From a virus, in IMG/VR virus record IMGVR_UViG_3300045988_038226, positions 1 through 45,325 of that record: a stretch of 45,325 nucleotides of DNA; one strand, written 5' to 3'. Below, in pieces: positions 24,064 to 32,071 of the stretch. Both the position numbers and the translations under genes were made by a program. Every line of letters starts with the position of its first letter. Position 1 is the first letter of the stretch. The notes under the pieces were generated by a model, which searched no databases, was not told where the DNA came from, and was given only the letters and a program-made list of their open reading frames with translations.

Positions 24064-24606
24064 TTAAAATAAACGATTGTGCATTGGGGCGGGTAAATTT
24101 TCCAAAACCCAACGGGGGTTGTTATGCAAAATGTATCGTCCAAAGTGTAAAATCATAAGCGCATCGGCGTTCCACAATGTCGCCTTAACATCCGGGTAAT
24201 AATCGGCGGCGGCTCGTTGGTAACGCTTTTTTCGTTGTGGCTTTTCCTCTCCCTTAACCCGCAATTTCAATTCGTTTTGCCATTTTTGGGGGTGTACCAA
24301 AACAAACGGTACGTCGCACATGGCAATTATTGTTTTCAGTTTCTCAAACTCCGATAACAGTTTTTGCACTCGAAAGGCTTTGCCGGGGTTGTCGTTCACG
24401 TCGTCCGGGCGCAATTGTACCTTTTCGACGAATACCAACGGGCGGCAAATACTTTTCATGTATTCAAACCATTCTTTCAACTCCATAAGGTCGCCCGGCA
24501 TTTTGATAACCTCGGTTTTATGGTTCGGACGCCAAACGGCAATCCCCCCGGTTTTTCCGGGGTCAATGCCAATAATACAATCAATCGTTATTTTGTTCAT
24601 TTCCAA
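24064..24606 (-). CDS. ruvC: RuvC-like Holliday junction resolvase
   Basis: 180 aa with IIGIDPGKTGGIAVW (first catalytic Asp), FVEKV (Glu) and a C-terminal NADALMILHFG (Asp pair context). Confidence 0.7.
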   Translation of the reverse strand: MEMNKITIDCIIGIDPGKTGGIAVWRPNHKTEVIKMPGDLMELKEWFEYMKSICRPLVFVEKVQLRPDDVNDNPGKAFRVQKLLSEFEKLKTIIAMCDVPFVLVHPQKWQNELKLRVKGEEKPQRKKRYQRAAADYYPDVKATLWNADALMILHFGRYILHNNPRWVLENLPAPMHNRLF

Positions 24607-25529
24607 AAATTCAAATAATTATCAACTTGCAATCCGTCCGCAATCATGCGGTCGAACGCTTTTATTATCTCTTTGCGGCGGGCAACTTCAAACGCCGTAT
24701 AATCAATTTCTTTGCTTTTGGTTCCGTCCTTACGAACATGGTAAACCGTAAATTCATTCACGAACCCACGGGCGGCACGGGCTAAAAAACGCCCCAACGC
24801 CTCCCGGCGGTCGTCCTCGGTTTCCTTTACAGTATCCGCCAATCCAACCTTAACCAACCAATCGTAAACAAACATTTCCCCGGCAATACCAAAGTCAACC
24901 CGCCCGGTATATTTATATTGCAAAAATGCCAAACGGTTACGGCTTTCTATGTCGTTATGATAATACCGTTTTTGCTCCGGGGTTAATTCCTTTTTCGGTT
25001 CCGGCAACGCTTGGTATGCCTTATGAATAACCCCGTTTTGTTTTCGCCTGTATGCGTTCAAAATCTTTGCGAAATAATCGGCGTTAAATTGTTGGTAATG
25101 CGCTTTATCCGGTTGTCCGTTCCTGTCTTTTGGCAAATAATCGTCCAATTCCCCGGTCGTTGCCAACTCAAATGCCAACTTAATATCCGCCAATGTCATT
25201 TGCGAATAGTATTTTTTGAGTATATCCAACAACCGGGTACAAATGTACGCCCAATCGTCCGTATTGGTCGGGATAATATACCCGACGTCCAAAGCAATAA
25301 ACCGGAACATTTGCCCGGTTTTGGCAACCAACGTGGCGTCGTCAATCTCGGCAATCTGCGTTTTCGTTGAGGCGGCAAAAATGTATTTTTCGACCCCGGA
25401 TAACGATTTGGCAACCTCCGGTAATTGCACCATTTGTCGGCGTATGTCGATTGCTTTTGTTCCGGGCGTTGGGTTATATATAGCCAACGCCACGGATTGC
25501 GTATTTACTTTTTCCGGCAAATTTTCCAT
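24597..25529 (-). CDS. Hypothetical protein downstream of the replication initiator (no NTPase motif)
   Basis: 310-aa ORF. No Walker A seen. Its position would suit a replication accessory protein. Confidence 0.5.
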   Translation of the reverse strand: MENLPEKVNTQSVALAIYNPTPGTKAIDIRRQMVQLPEVAKSLSGVEKYIFAASTKTQIAEIDDATLVAKTGQMFRFIALDVGYIIPTNTDDWAYICTRLLDILKKYYSQMTLADIKLAFELATTGELDDYLPKDRNGQPDKAHYQQFNADYFAKILNAYRRKQNGVIHKAYQALPEPKKELTPEQKRYYHNDIESRNRLAFLQYKYTGRVDFGIAGEMFVYDWLVKVGLADTVKETEDDRREALGRFLARAARGFVNEFTVYHVRKDGTKSKEIDYTAFEVARRKEIIKAFDRMIADGLQVDNYLNFWK

Positions 25530-25532
25530 ATA

Positions 25533-26393
25533 CTAATAATCGTTATTAAGAAATTCCATTGCGCCCGCAACGTCTAATTTCTTTTGCGGGGCTTGGTATT
25601 CCGGTTTCAAATGCAACTTTTTCTTTTCCACATCGCCACGAATGAAATTGCGTACCGTGGCAATCCAACCCGTCCGGGTTCTCTTTACGCCCTGTTTGGT
25701 TTCCGACCAATCGGCGACCGTATGGAAATAGTAAACCAAATCGACCCGTTCAAATTCCGGCGTCGCAAATAACTTTTCAAACTCGGAATAATCGTTGTTT
25801 CCGTCGGGCGCAAACTTAACCAATTTGTAAACCTCGGAATTGCGAAATATGGACGTTCTTTTTTTATCCTTATCGTCAACCCCTTTTTCATCCGGGAACA
25901 AATCCCCGACAACCGGGTTGGCGGGGTTACTCTGATTAGTATTTGGTTTATTTATGTCCTTTGTTGGATTAGTATTTATTAGTGTCGGGTTTTCCGTATC
26001 CGGTTTATCCGTGTCGGGTTTAACCGTATCGGGATTTTCCGGTTGTGGTGCATCCGTAACCGGATTTTCCGTATATGGCTGGACGAAAACGGGTTGGTCG
26101 CAAATTTCATACGCATAACCCGCAATTGTTCCGTCCGGGTTCCGGTTCTGTGTTTTGGAACAATACCCGAACGTTTCCAACTCTTTAATCCCACTATACA
26201 GACTATCCCGCCCGTCGGTTGCCCGGTTCGTCAAATCTCGCATATTCAAAACCCAATCGTCCGGCAACATGGCGACGTATGCAATAATTCCTTTTGCTTT
26301 CCAACTCAAACGGGTATCTTTCAAAAACTCATTCGATAAAACGGTAAAATCCCGGTCGTATTTACGACGGGTAATTGTGTTATTGTTCGCCAT
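25533..26393 (-). CDS. Replication initiator/replisome-organizer-like protein (N-terminal winged helix)
   Basis: 286 aa. FTVLSNEFLKDTRLSWKAKGIIAYVAML...GRDSLYSGIKELETFGY fits the phage O/DnaD-type wHTH pattern. The central linker PENPDTVKPDTDKPDTENP is encoded by iteron-like DNA repeats. Confidence 0.55.
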   Translation of the reverse strand: MANNNTITRRKYDRDFTVLSNEFLKDTRLSWKAKGIIAYVAMLPDDWVLNMRDLTNRATDGRDSLYSGIKELETFGYCSKTQNRNPDGTIAGYAYEICDQPVFVQPYTENPVTDAPQPENPDTVKPDTDKPDTENPTLINTNPTKDINKPNTNQSNPANPVVGDLFPDEKGVDDKDKKRTSIFRNSEVYKLVKFAPDGNNDYSEFEKLFATPEFERVDLVYYFHTVADWSETKQGVKRTRTGWIATVRNFIRGDVEKKKLHLKPEYQAPQKKLDVAGAMEFLNNDY

Positions 26394-27108
26394 TGTCGCC
26401 GCCCTCCAATTGTTTAACGGGTTCCCATGCCTTACGTACTTTCAATACGTTGTCGGCACTCTCATTGGGAACCAACGAAACAACCGGAAAACGGGAACGG
26501 TCGCCCGGTTTTTGGGTTGTCGCAAATTGTACATTCAAATCAAAAATTACTCCCTTACAAAAACCACGTTCCGCCAACATACCGTCGAACGTTTCCCGGA
26601 TTTGCGGGATTGTGGACGCCGTACCCTTTGTTGCGAACTGCCATACCCCGGCAACGCCACGTACCAACGGTACAATAAAACTCAACGTCAACGTAATTTC
26701 CCAACCGTCGTGTCCGTCCTGTTTGCTCTTTTTGTTTGGGTAACGTTTCGTAATGGATTGCATCAAATTTGGGTACTTTTCCGTTGTCAACGTTTCGTAC
26801 TTTTTGCCGTCCCATACTTGGAACGTTTCGCCGTCGCCCGCCGCAATCAATCGTCCGTCATCGTCCCGGTATTCGTACCGTTCGTTGCATACTTTCGCCG
26901 GGTCGTCGTCCGGGAAAACGATTTGTATTGTTTGGGGCTTTTCGCCGTATGCCTGTGTAAATAACCCGGCATACTTTCCCGTTGGTATAAAATAATCAAC
27001 GCTTTGCGGGTATCCGTTAGCGTTTTTCATTCCGATTTTTATTTGTCCGACACGGGGTAAAATCAAACGGGATTTTTCCGCCTCCGGTCGTCTTATTCGT
27101 CCTTTCAT
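26380..27108 (-). CDS. Hypothetical protein in the recombination module (possible annealing protein, or phiC31 gp3-like family)
   Basis: 242 aa directly downstream of the exonuclease. The N-terminal LPRVGQIKIGMKNANGYPQSVDYF pattern is only weakly recalled from gp3-like phage proteins. Confidence 0.3.
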   Translation of the reverse strand: MKGRIRRPEAEKSRLILPRVGQIKIGMKNANGYPQSVDYFIPTGKYAGLFTQAYGEKPQTIQIVFPDDDPAKVCNERYEYRDDDGRLIAAGDGETFQVWDGKKYETLTTEKYPNLMQSITKRYPNKKSKQDGHDGWEITLTLSFIVPLVRGVAGVWQFATKGTASTIPQIRETFDGMLAERGFCKGVIFDLNVQFATTQKPGDRSRFPVVSLVPNESADNVLKVRKAWEPVKQLEGGDNGEQ

Positions 27109-27113
27109 GCTCT

Positions 27114-28472
27114 TTATATTTCGGGGTCGTCGTTCAACAATTTTTTCTTATTCTCATTTTTGGGCTTTTTAGGCGTGTTTGCGGGCTTTTGTTCCTTTTC
27201 CGGTGCAACCGTTCGTTTCGCCGCCTTTCGTCCCGTGGCGGGCTTGTTTTCCGCCTCCTTTGCCTTTTTCCCGGCACGCTTTACAATCGTTGTTTTCTTT
27301 ATCCCGGTTTCCTCGGTTGGCTCCGGTGCGTTCGCATCTGCTTTGACCTTATCGGCGGCGTCCGTGGTTTCGTCCGGGGTCGCCTCTTTAGGGGCTTTGG
27401 TTTTAATCAATTCCGACAACGACAACGATATTACGTTTTGGGTTAAATCCGGGGCGTCGTCCAAAAGAACCATACCATTAACCGCCGTAAACGTGTTGTC
27501 CCGCTTTTCGTCCTCAATGGCGGCAATCTCTAACAGATAGGGGATTTTGCGTATATTGGGGCTTTCGGTTTGTTCTTTCAAGTTGTACGACGGGCGTTTG
27601 CGCCAATCTTTCGGGCTGAAATTGAAAATACGGGTAACGGGGAATTGCTCAAAATTGACGTTCCACATATCCCGGTACATTCCTAATTGTATTTCGCTTT
27701 CCTCGTAAAAACCTTTTCGCCCGCTTTTGAAATCGACGATTGCGTTAATACGGTCGTCGCTCCCAATCTTTGCCCGCATCGTACACGGGCAATCAATCAT
27801 TCCGGCATACTTGTAATAAGGGTGTACCAATGCAATTTCCACGGCTAACGGTCTAACATCATAATCCAATACAAATTGCGCAAATGCCAATACGTCCTTT
27901 TTTAAGTCGTCGGCGTAATATATGAAATCGTCCGGCAATCGGTAAACCTCAATATATTCTTTTAGTTTGCCTTTCAGTCCGTCCAAATCATACGCCCGGT
28001 TAATCAATAATTCCTCAAATGCGGCGTGCATAAACGTTCCATACGCCGCCCGTTCGCCTTTGTATCGCTCGGCTTCCTCAATGCCTTTGTTCGCAATCCA
28101 ATTGATTAAGTGCGGGGCTTTGGGTAATGTTTGGGACAACACGGTTGTAACAGACGGGAAAAACTCCGGGTTCCCGGCATCGTCGTAACGGTAATAATAC
28201 CTGTGTCCCTTACTGTTTAACTGCCAAACCTTATACGGCGGTTCAATCAACGTTTTTTCGTCGAAAAACATTGCCGTCATTTCCTCAACCGTCATGCCCG
28301 GTATTATCTCAAACACTCCGGTTGGTTGTTCCGGTTGAACCTCAACGAACGGGGGAATAATCGTTTGTTGTTCCTCGTTAATATCGGGGAACATATCCGG
28401 GGCAACATTGCCAACGGTTCCCGCAACCTCTTTTACCGGGTCGCCCGGTTTATCGCTCTTTTTCGCTCTCAT
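27114..28472 (-). CDS. PD-(D/E)XK (RecB/Cas4/lambda-Exo-like) exonuclease with a basic low-complexity tail
   Basis: 452 aa with GTFMHAAFEELL, GMIDCP...AIVDFKSGRKG (D...D/ExK) and EIQLGMY (QxxxY). Lys/Pro/Ala-rich C-terminal ~100 aa. Confidence 0.6.
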   Translation of the reverse strand: MRAKKSDKPGDPVKEVAGTVGNVAPDMFPDINEEQQTIIPPFVEVQPEQPTGVFEIIPGMTVEEMTAMFFDEKTLIEPPYKVWQLNSKGHRYYYRYDDAGNPEFFPSVTTVLSQTLPKAPHLINWIANKGIEEAERYKGERAAYGTFMHAAFEELLINRAYDLDGLKGKLKEYIEVYRLPDDFIYYADDLKKDVLAFAQFVLDYDVRPLAVEIALVHPYYKYAGMIDCPCTMRAKIGSDDRINAIVDFKSGRKGFYEESEIQLGMYRDMWNVNFEQFPVTRIFNFSPKDWRKRPSYNLKEQTESPNIRKIPYLLEIAAIEDEKRDNTFTAVNGMVLLDDAPDLTQNVISLSLSELIKTKAPKEATPDETTDAADKVKADANAPEPTEETGIKKTTIVKRAGKKAKEAENKPATGRKAAKRTVAPEKEQKPANTPKKPKNENKKKLLNDDPEI

Positions 28473-28681
28473 TTTTTATACTTTTTATATTCTGAAATAC
28501 CACATAAAACCATTGCGGCGCACATTGCCGCAAAAATCAATTGCCACGGGTTCCAAAAAGAACCAACTAAACAACATAACCCCAATACGCCGAATACGAC
28601 AATTAAGGCTTTTGCCTGCCATAAATCCGAAAACATGGTATCGGCGGCGGCTTCCAACCATGCAACAAATTTACTTTTCAT
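28469..28681 (-). CDS. Small two-helix membrane protein
   Basis: 70 aa from the ATG at 28681, with ALIVVFGVLGLCCLVGSF and LIFAAMCAAMVLCGI. Confidence 0.5.
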   Translation of the reverse strand: MKSKFVAWLEAAADTMFSDLWQAKALIVVFGVLGLCCLVGSFWNPWQLIFAAMCAAMVLCGISEYKKYKK

Positions 28682-28922
28682 CGTTTCCGCCCTCCATACC
28701 AAACAGATAATCCGCCGTACAATCCAACATTTCGCAAAGGATAACGACCCATTCCGGGACAATCCGTTTGGTCGTGCCGTTACATAAATTCGTCATATTT
28801 ACCTGTTGTGCGCTTTCGCTTGCACCCTCAAAAAGACGGGCGGCAATGTCTTTTTTCAAAACCTTTTTTCCGTTCGCCTCGGAACGGGCGATTGCTTCGT
28901 TTACTCTTAATCTCAATGCCAT
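28671..28922 (-). CDS. XRE/Cro-CI-family helix-turn-helix regulator
   Basis: 83 aa. KKDIAARLFEGASESAQQVNMTNLCNG...ILCEMLDCTADYLFG is a typical HTH_3 pattern. Confidence 0.7.
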   Translation of the reverse strand: MALRLRVNEAIARSEANGKKVLKKDIAARLFEGASESAQQVNMTNLCNGTTKRIVPEWVVILCEMLDCTADYLFGMEGGNDEK

Positions 28923-28939
28923 AACTTTAATTTTTATTG

Positions 28940-29368
28940 TTAATAACTCGGTTCGTTACTCTCTTTGTATCCGCAATGCGTACACGTTGTTTCCTCCCAA
29001 ATTGGGGTATATTCCGGGGGCGTAATATATCCGTCCCCGCCTGTTTGCTTATATTCGCCGTCCGTAACCTCCATTTCGCCGCCACACTCCGGGCAATCCC
29101 CGTCGCCAATCAACACACATTCCAATAATGCGTCCAAATGTACCGATTTTACAACGTTGATACCGATTGCACGTATAACCCCGGCAATCTCAACAACGTT
29201 AATATCCCGTTCGTAACAATCGGAAATCGGGCAACCCCAATTGTCCGGCGTTTCCTCAATTATTTTTTTATTGAGTAATTCCGAAACGATAATGTCGGAT
29301 ACCTGTTTGGCGGGTTTCCCGGAAAGGGTCGCCAACTCGTTTAATTCTTTGCTCTCTTTTACTTTCAT
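28940..29368 (-). CDS. Hypothetical zinc-ribbon protein, first gene of the P2 operon
   Basis: 142 aa from the ATG at 29368 (MKVKESKEL...). Has CPECGG...CTHCG. Confidence 0.5.
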   Translation of the reverse strand: MKVKESKELNELATLSGKPAKQVSDIIVSELLNKKIIEETPDNWGCPISDCYERDINVVEIAGVIRAIGINVVKSVHLDALLECVLIGDGDCPECGGEMEVTDGEYKQTGGDGYITPPEYTPIWEETTCTHCGYKESNEPSY

Positions 29369-29375
29369 ATCGTTG

Positions 29376-29392
29376 CCGGGTATTCCCCCCGG
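29376..29392 (-). promoter_or_regulatory. Family-1 stem-loop variant in the P2 leader
   Basis: Minus strand reads CCGGGGGGAATACCCGGCAACG: same CCGGG/CCCGG stem and CAAC flank, different loop. Lies 16 nt downstream of the -7 box. Confidence 0.5.
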
Positions 29393-29407
29393 TGGGTTTT
29401 GTTTCTG

Positions 29408-29438
29408 CAAATGTAGAAAGAATTTTTTAATTACCAAA
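29408..29438 (-). promoter_or_regulatory. Bacteroidota-type promoter P2
   Basis: -33 TTTG (29438-29435), 19-nt spacer, -7 TACATTTG (29415-29408). Flanked by the direct repeat AGAAACAAA (29448-29456 and 29398-29406). Confidence 0.65.
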
Positions 29439-29564
29439 AATATAATCTTTGTTTCTCAAATTGATTTTTACCGGGACGTTGGATAATCGGATTTTTAACC
29501 TACCTTTGCAATACCGCATTACCAAATATCGCTCTCGGTTACTGCGTACCGCCCCCGGTCGTCC

Positions 29565-30053
29565 TTACGGATTGCCGGGGGTATCTCTTTTTAGCCTCTC
29601 AACGTAAACGTTTCGGTATATATCCCCGTAAAATCCCGTTGCCTCTGTTATCCGGTCGATTGTTTGCAAATCATATTCCCCAAAAACAACGTATTCGTAT
29701 TCCGTCAACTCGGCGTCGTTCAATGCGAACTCAAACGTAATGTCAACGTATTTGTCGCCGACCCGGTTAAATGCGTGGTCGATTGGTATTAAAGTATGCG
29801 TTTTACCCTCGCAATACAATACGTCGTCCGGGAACAATTGGCAAAGCAAATGCGCATTACGATAACATTGTTGCGGTTGGGGTTTCAGAACGCCCCGGAT
29901 AATTTCCAATTCGTAAGGGTTAAACACGTCCGCCGCCCGGACAACCTCAACACGTTTTGCAACGGCGATTGTATCGGCGAAATATTGCCTTTGCTTTGGG
30001 TTCAATCCCAATTGCAGAAACGCCCGCATTTCCTCAATAATTACGCTTTCCAT
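29565..30053 (-). CDS. Early hypothetical protein (possible Cys-His-Asp fold, very tentative)
   Basis: 162 aa with ordered QQCYRNAHLL, IPIDHAFNRV and KYVDITFE. Confidence 0.45.
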   Translation of the reverse strand: MESVIIEEMRAFLQLGLNPKQRQYFADTIAVAKRVEVVRAADVFNPYELEIIRGVLKPQPQQCYRNAHLLCQLFPDDVLYCEGKTHTLIPIDHAFNRVGDKYVDITFEFALNDAELTEYEYVVFGEYDLQTIDRITEATGFYGDIYRNVYVERLKRDTPGNP

Positions 30054-30544
30054 TATCCAACAAATTCTTTGAACGCCAATGTATAAACATCATATTGTTT
30101 GCGTATAACATAAAAAACAACCATATTCGACGTATTCCCGGCGTCGCCTACACATAACAACGGGTATGGTTCCCCGTCCACGGTTTCAATATGTCGTTCA
30201 ATATCTTTATAATTGGCGAACGCATCCGCCAAACTCTTTTTTATTCGCTCCAACATTTCGTCGCCGTCCGGCTCAAAATGCGCTTTTATTTTATCCTGTC
30301 GTCTTAATGCCCAACGCATCGGTATTTGTTTTAATAGGTTCATAATTCCCCGCCCGTCCTTTACGGTTTTTCCTGTAAACCAACCGGAATACGGGTATAA
30401 TGTAACCGGGGAACCCCGGAAAGTAAATTGTAAGGTCGTGGCGTTTATCTCGGTTACGGGATACCCCAACGCCTCCAACCGGGTACGGGCGTATTCGACC
30501 CGTTCCGGTTGTAATTCTTGTTGTCGCTCTCTGTTACGGCTCAT
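30053..30544 (-). CDS. Early hypothetical protein
   Basis: 163-aa ORF, coupled at both ends. Confidence 0.5.
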   Translation of the reverse strand: MSRNRERQQELQPERVEYARTRLEALGYPVTEINATTLQFTFRGSPVTLYPYSGWFTGKTVKDGRGIMNLLKQIPMRWALRRQDKIKAHFEPDGDEMLERIKKSLADAFANYKDIERHIETVDGEPYPLLCVGDAGNTSNMVVFYVIRKQYDVYTLAFKEFVG

Positions 30545-30756
30545 TGTTCGCCCTCCTTAATCACTTTACAATATTTATAATATTGGTCGTGGCAACTCTC
30601 AATTTGGCACGTCAACCCAATATCGTTGCCGTCTAACAATAGGTTCAACACGTCGCCGGGATTGTGCCGGGTATATAACAGAAACAACCCGCCGTTCGCC
30701 TTTTGGATAATATCGTACATCGCTTGCGATAACCGATAACGTTTTATTTTATTCAT
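30541..30756 (-). CDS. Early hypothetical protein
   Basis: 71-aa ORF with an ATGA overlap to the next gene. Confidence 0.45.
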   Translation of the reverse strand: MNKIKRYRLSQAMYDIIQKANGGLFLLYTRHNPGDVLNLLLDGNDIGLTCQIESCHDQYYKYCKVIKEGEQ

Positions 30757-31003
30757 CTTTTGCGGCTTTTAGATAGTTGTTATAACACGTTTTCCCAACC
30801 GGAAAACAACCCTGCGAATTATCGCCCAAATCAACGTCGCAATCTGTAATAAAACCGTCGATTGCCAATTGTACCAACTTTTGCGTTGCGGGCTTTGTAG
30901 GTCGTCCACAAATCAAACAACTTTCCGTATGTTCGTTATGGGTTTCCATATACGCCCAATATCCCGCCGACGTTCTCAATACGTCCAAATCTGCCTTTTT
31001 CAT
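30749..31003 (-). CDS. Early hypothetical protein, Cys-containing
   Basis: 84 aa with CLICG...C...C...C and an AGAGCGATGAAA start context. Confidence 0.45.
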   Translation of the reverse strand: MKKADLDVLRTSAGYWAYMETHNEHTESCLICGRPTKPATQKLVQLAIDGFITDCDVDLGDNSQGCFPVGKTCYNNYLKAAKDE

Positions 31004-31019
31004 CGCTCTAAATAGTTAC

Positions 31020-31041
31020 GCCGGGGGATTGCGCCCCCGGC
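31020..31041 (-). other. Intergenic GC-rich stem-loop
   Basis: Minus strand reads GCCGGGGGCGCAATCCCCCGGC after the stop of 31048-31437. No T tract. Confidence 0.5.
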
Positions 31042-31047
31042 TTGGTT

Positions 31048-31437
31048 TTACAAAAATTTAATACCGCTTTTCTTTTCCGGGTCGTTCACTATTCCGTAAA
31101 ATTCCCCGGTATGTCCCAACGACGAAAAACCGCCGTTGCGAAACATAAACCGCCCTTTGTCGGCGAACTCCAAAACGTAATAATCGTTTTCTTTGTCGTA
31201 ATCAATCCGGGCAACCGTCGTGGCTTTTGCTTTACCGTCTGTCAGAACCTCAACCCGGCGACCAACCGCTGACAAATATAAATCAACGCCCTTTTCAATT
31301 GCGGCGTCTGTTTCCGCCATTGCCCCGGCGTAATCGCCGTTAAACATTTCGTTCATTTTTTCTAATGCCTCGGCGGGTAATATTGATAAATCAACTTTCA
31401 ATTCCGCCCGTTCCATTATTTCCGCTTTTGTTAACAT
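31048..31437 (-). CDS. Early hypothetical protein
   Basis: 129-aa ORF. Confidence 0.5.
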   Translation of the reverse strand: MLTKAEIMERAELKVDLSILPAEALEKMNEMFNGDYAGAMAETDAAIEKGVDLYLSAVGRRVEVLTDGKAKATTVARIDYDKENDYYVLEFADKGRFMFRNGGFSSLGHTGEFYGIVNDPEKKSGIKFL

Positions 31438-31441
31438 AGCC

Positions 31442-31720
31442 TTATTTTTTAATCTCGTAAATACTCAATGAATTTTCGCACAATACCAAAGTCGGGAACT
31501 TGGTTTTATTCAAATAACAAAGGTTATCCAAATCCGCCCGACTTGTATAAAACCACAACCCAAACTTTTTGCCGATAAAATGCAAATCGTTAACCCCGGT
31601 TTCCCGGTACTTTTCATCCATTAATTGTTGACTGTAAACGATACTTGAAAATTCAACCTTTCCGTCTAATTTGGTTGCAATCTCGGCAATATCCGCCGCC
31701 TGTGTTCTTTTCTTTTCCAT
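31442..31720 (-). CDS. Early hypothetical protein
   Basis: 92-aa ORF. Confidence 0.5.
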   Translation of the reverse strand: MEKKRTQAADIAEIATKLDGKVEFSSIVYSQQLMDEKYRETGVNDLHFIGKKFGLWFYTSRADLDNLCYLNKTKFPTLVLCENSLSIYEIKK

Positions 31721-31741
31721 TGTTGAAAGAATTATTTGTTG

Positions 31742-31763
31742 CCGGGAAAACGCCCGGTCGTTG
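31742..31763 (-). promoter_or_regulatory. Family-1 stem-loop (AACGACCGGGCGTTTTCCCGGC), intercistronic
   Basis: Lies directly after the stop of 31765-32016 and is followed by CAACAAATAATT, as at 18036. Confidence 0.6.
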
Positions 31764-31764
31764 T

Positions 31765-32016
31765 TTACTGATAATAGAACGTAATTTTAACGCCTCGGCG
31801 CAATTTGCAAACCTCTTTGTCGCCGTAACAGTTAAACGCACGGTCTAACAAGCGGTTTACCAACTCAATATCGCCAACAATACGAATTAACCCGGATACC
31901 CCAACCGCAATATTTACTTTCTTTCCGTCAACCATTCCGTTAACTTTGATTTTGTAATTGCGGTTAATTTCCTTTGTCGTATATTTCAAACCGTTGTAAA
32001 TGCTTTGAGTATTCAT
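31765..32016 (-). CDS. First early gene, hypothetical
   Basis: 83 aa from the ATG at 32016 (MNTQSIYNG...). The longer start at 32067 would lie inside the promoter and leader hairpin. Confidence 0.5.
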   Translation of the reverse strand: MNTQSIYNGLKYTTKEINRNYKIKVNGMVDGKKVNIAVGVSGLIRIVGDIELVNRLLDRAFNCYGDKEVCKLRRGVKITFYYQ

Positions 32017-32035
32017 TGTTACGCTCTCTAATGTT

Positions 32036-32057
32036 CCGGGGAAAACGCCCCGTCGTT
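32036..32057 (-). promoter_or_regulatory. Family-1 stem-loop with a compensatory pair (AACGACGGGGCGTTTTCCCCGG) in the P1 leader
   Basis: The stem is CGGGG/CCCCG instead of CCGGG/CCCGG, so the 4th pair is flipped C:G to G:C. The loop CGTTTT is conserved. Confidence 0.6.
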
Positions 32058-32071
32058 GTATTAACATGGTG

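Noticed and set aside
28671-28922. A lysogeny module or temperate lifestyle, suggested by the XRE/CI-like HTH.
   Set aside because: No integrase, recombinase, excisionase, partition or attP-like feature was found anywhere. The HTH alone does not support a temperate call.
14104-32057. A CRISPR-like array or mobile-element repeats as an explanation for the recurring CCGGG-N6-CCCGG elements.
   Set aside because: The copies are kilobases apart, are always intergenic next to promoters or stops, and have no regular spacer structure and no transposase. They are treated as regulatory stem-loops instead.
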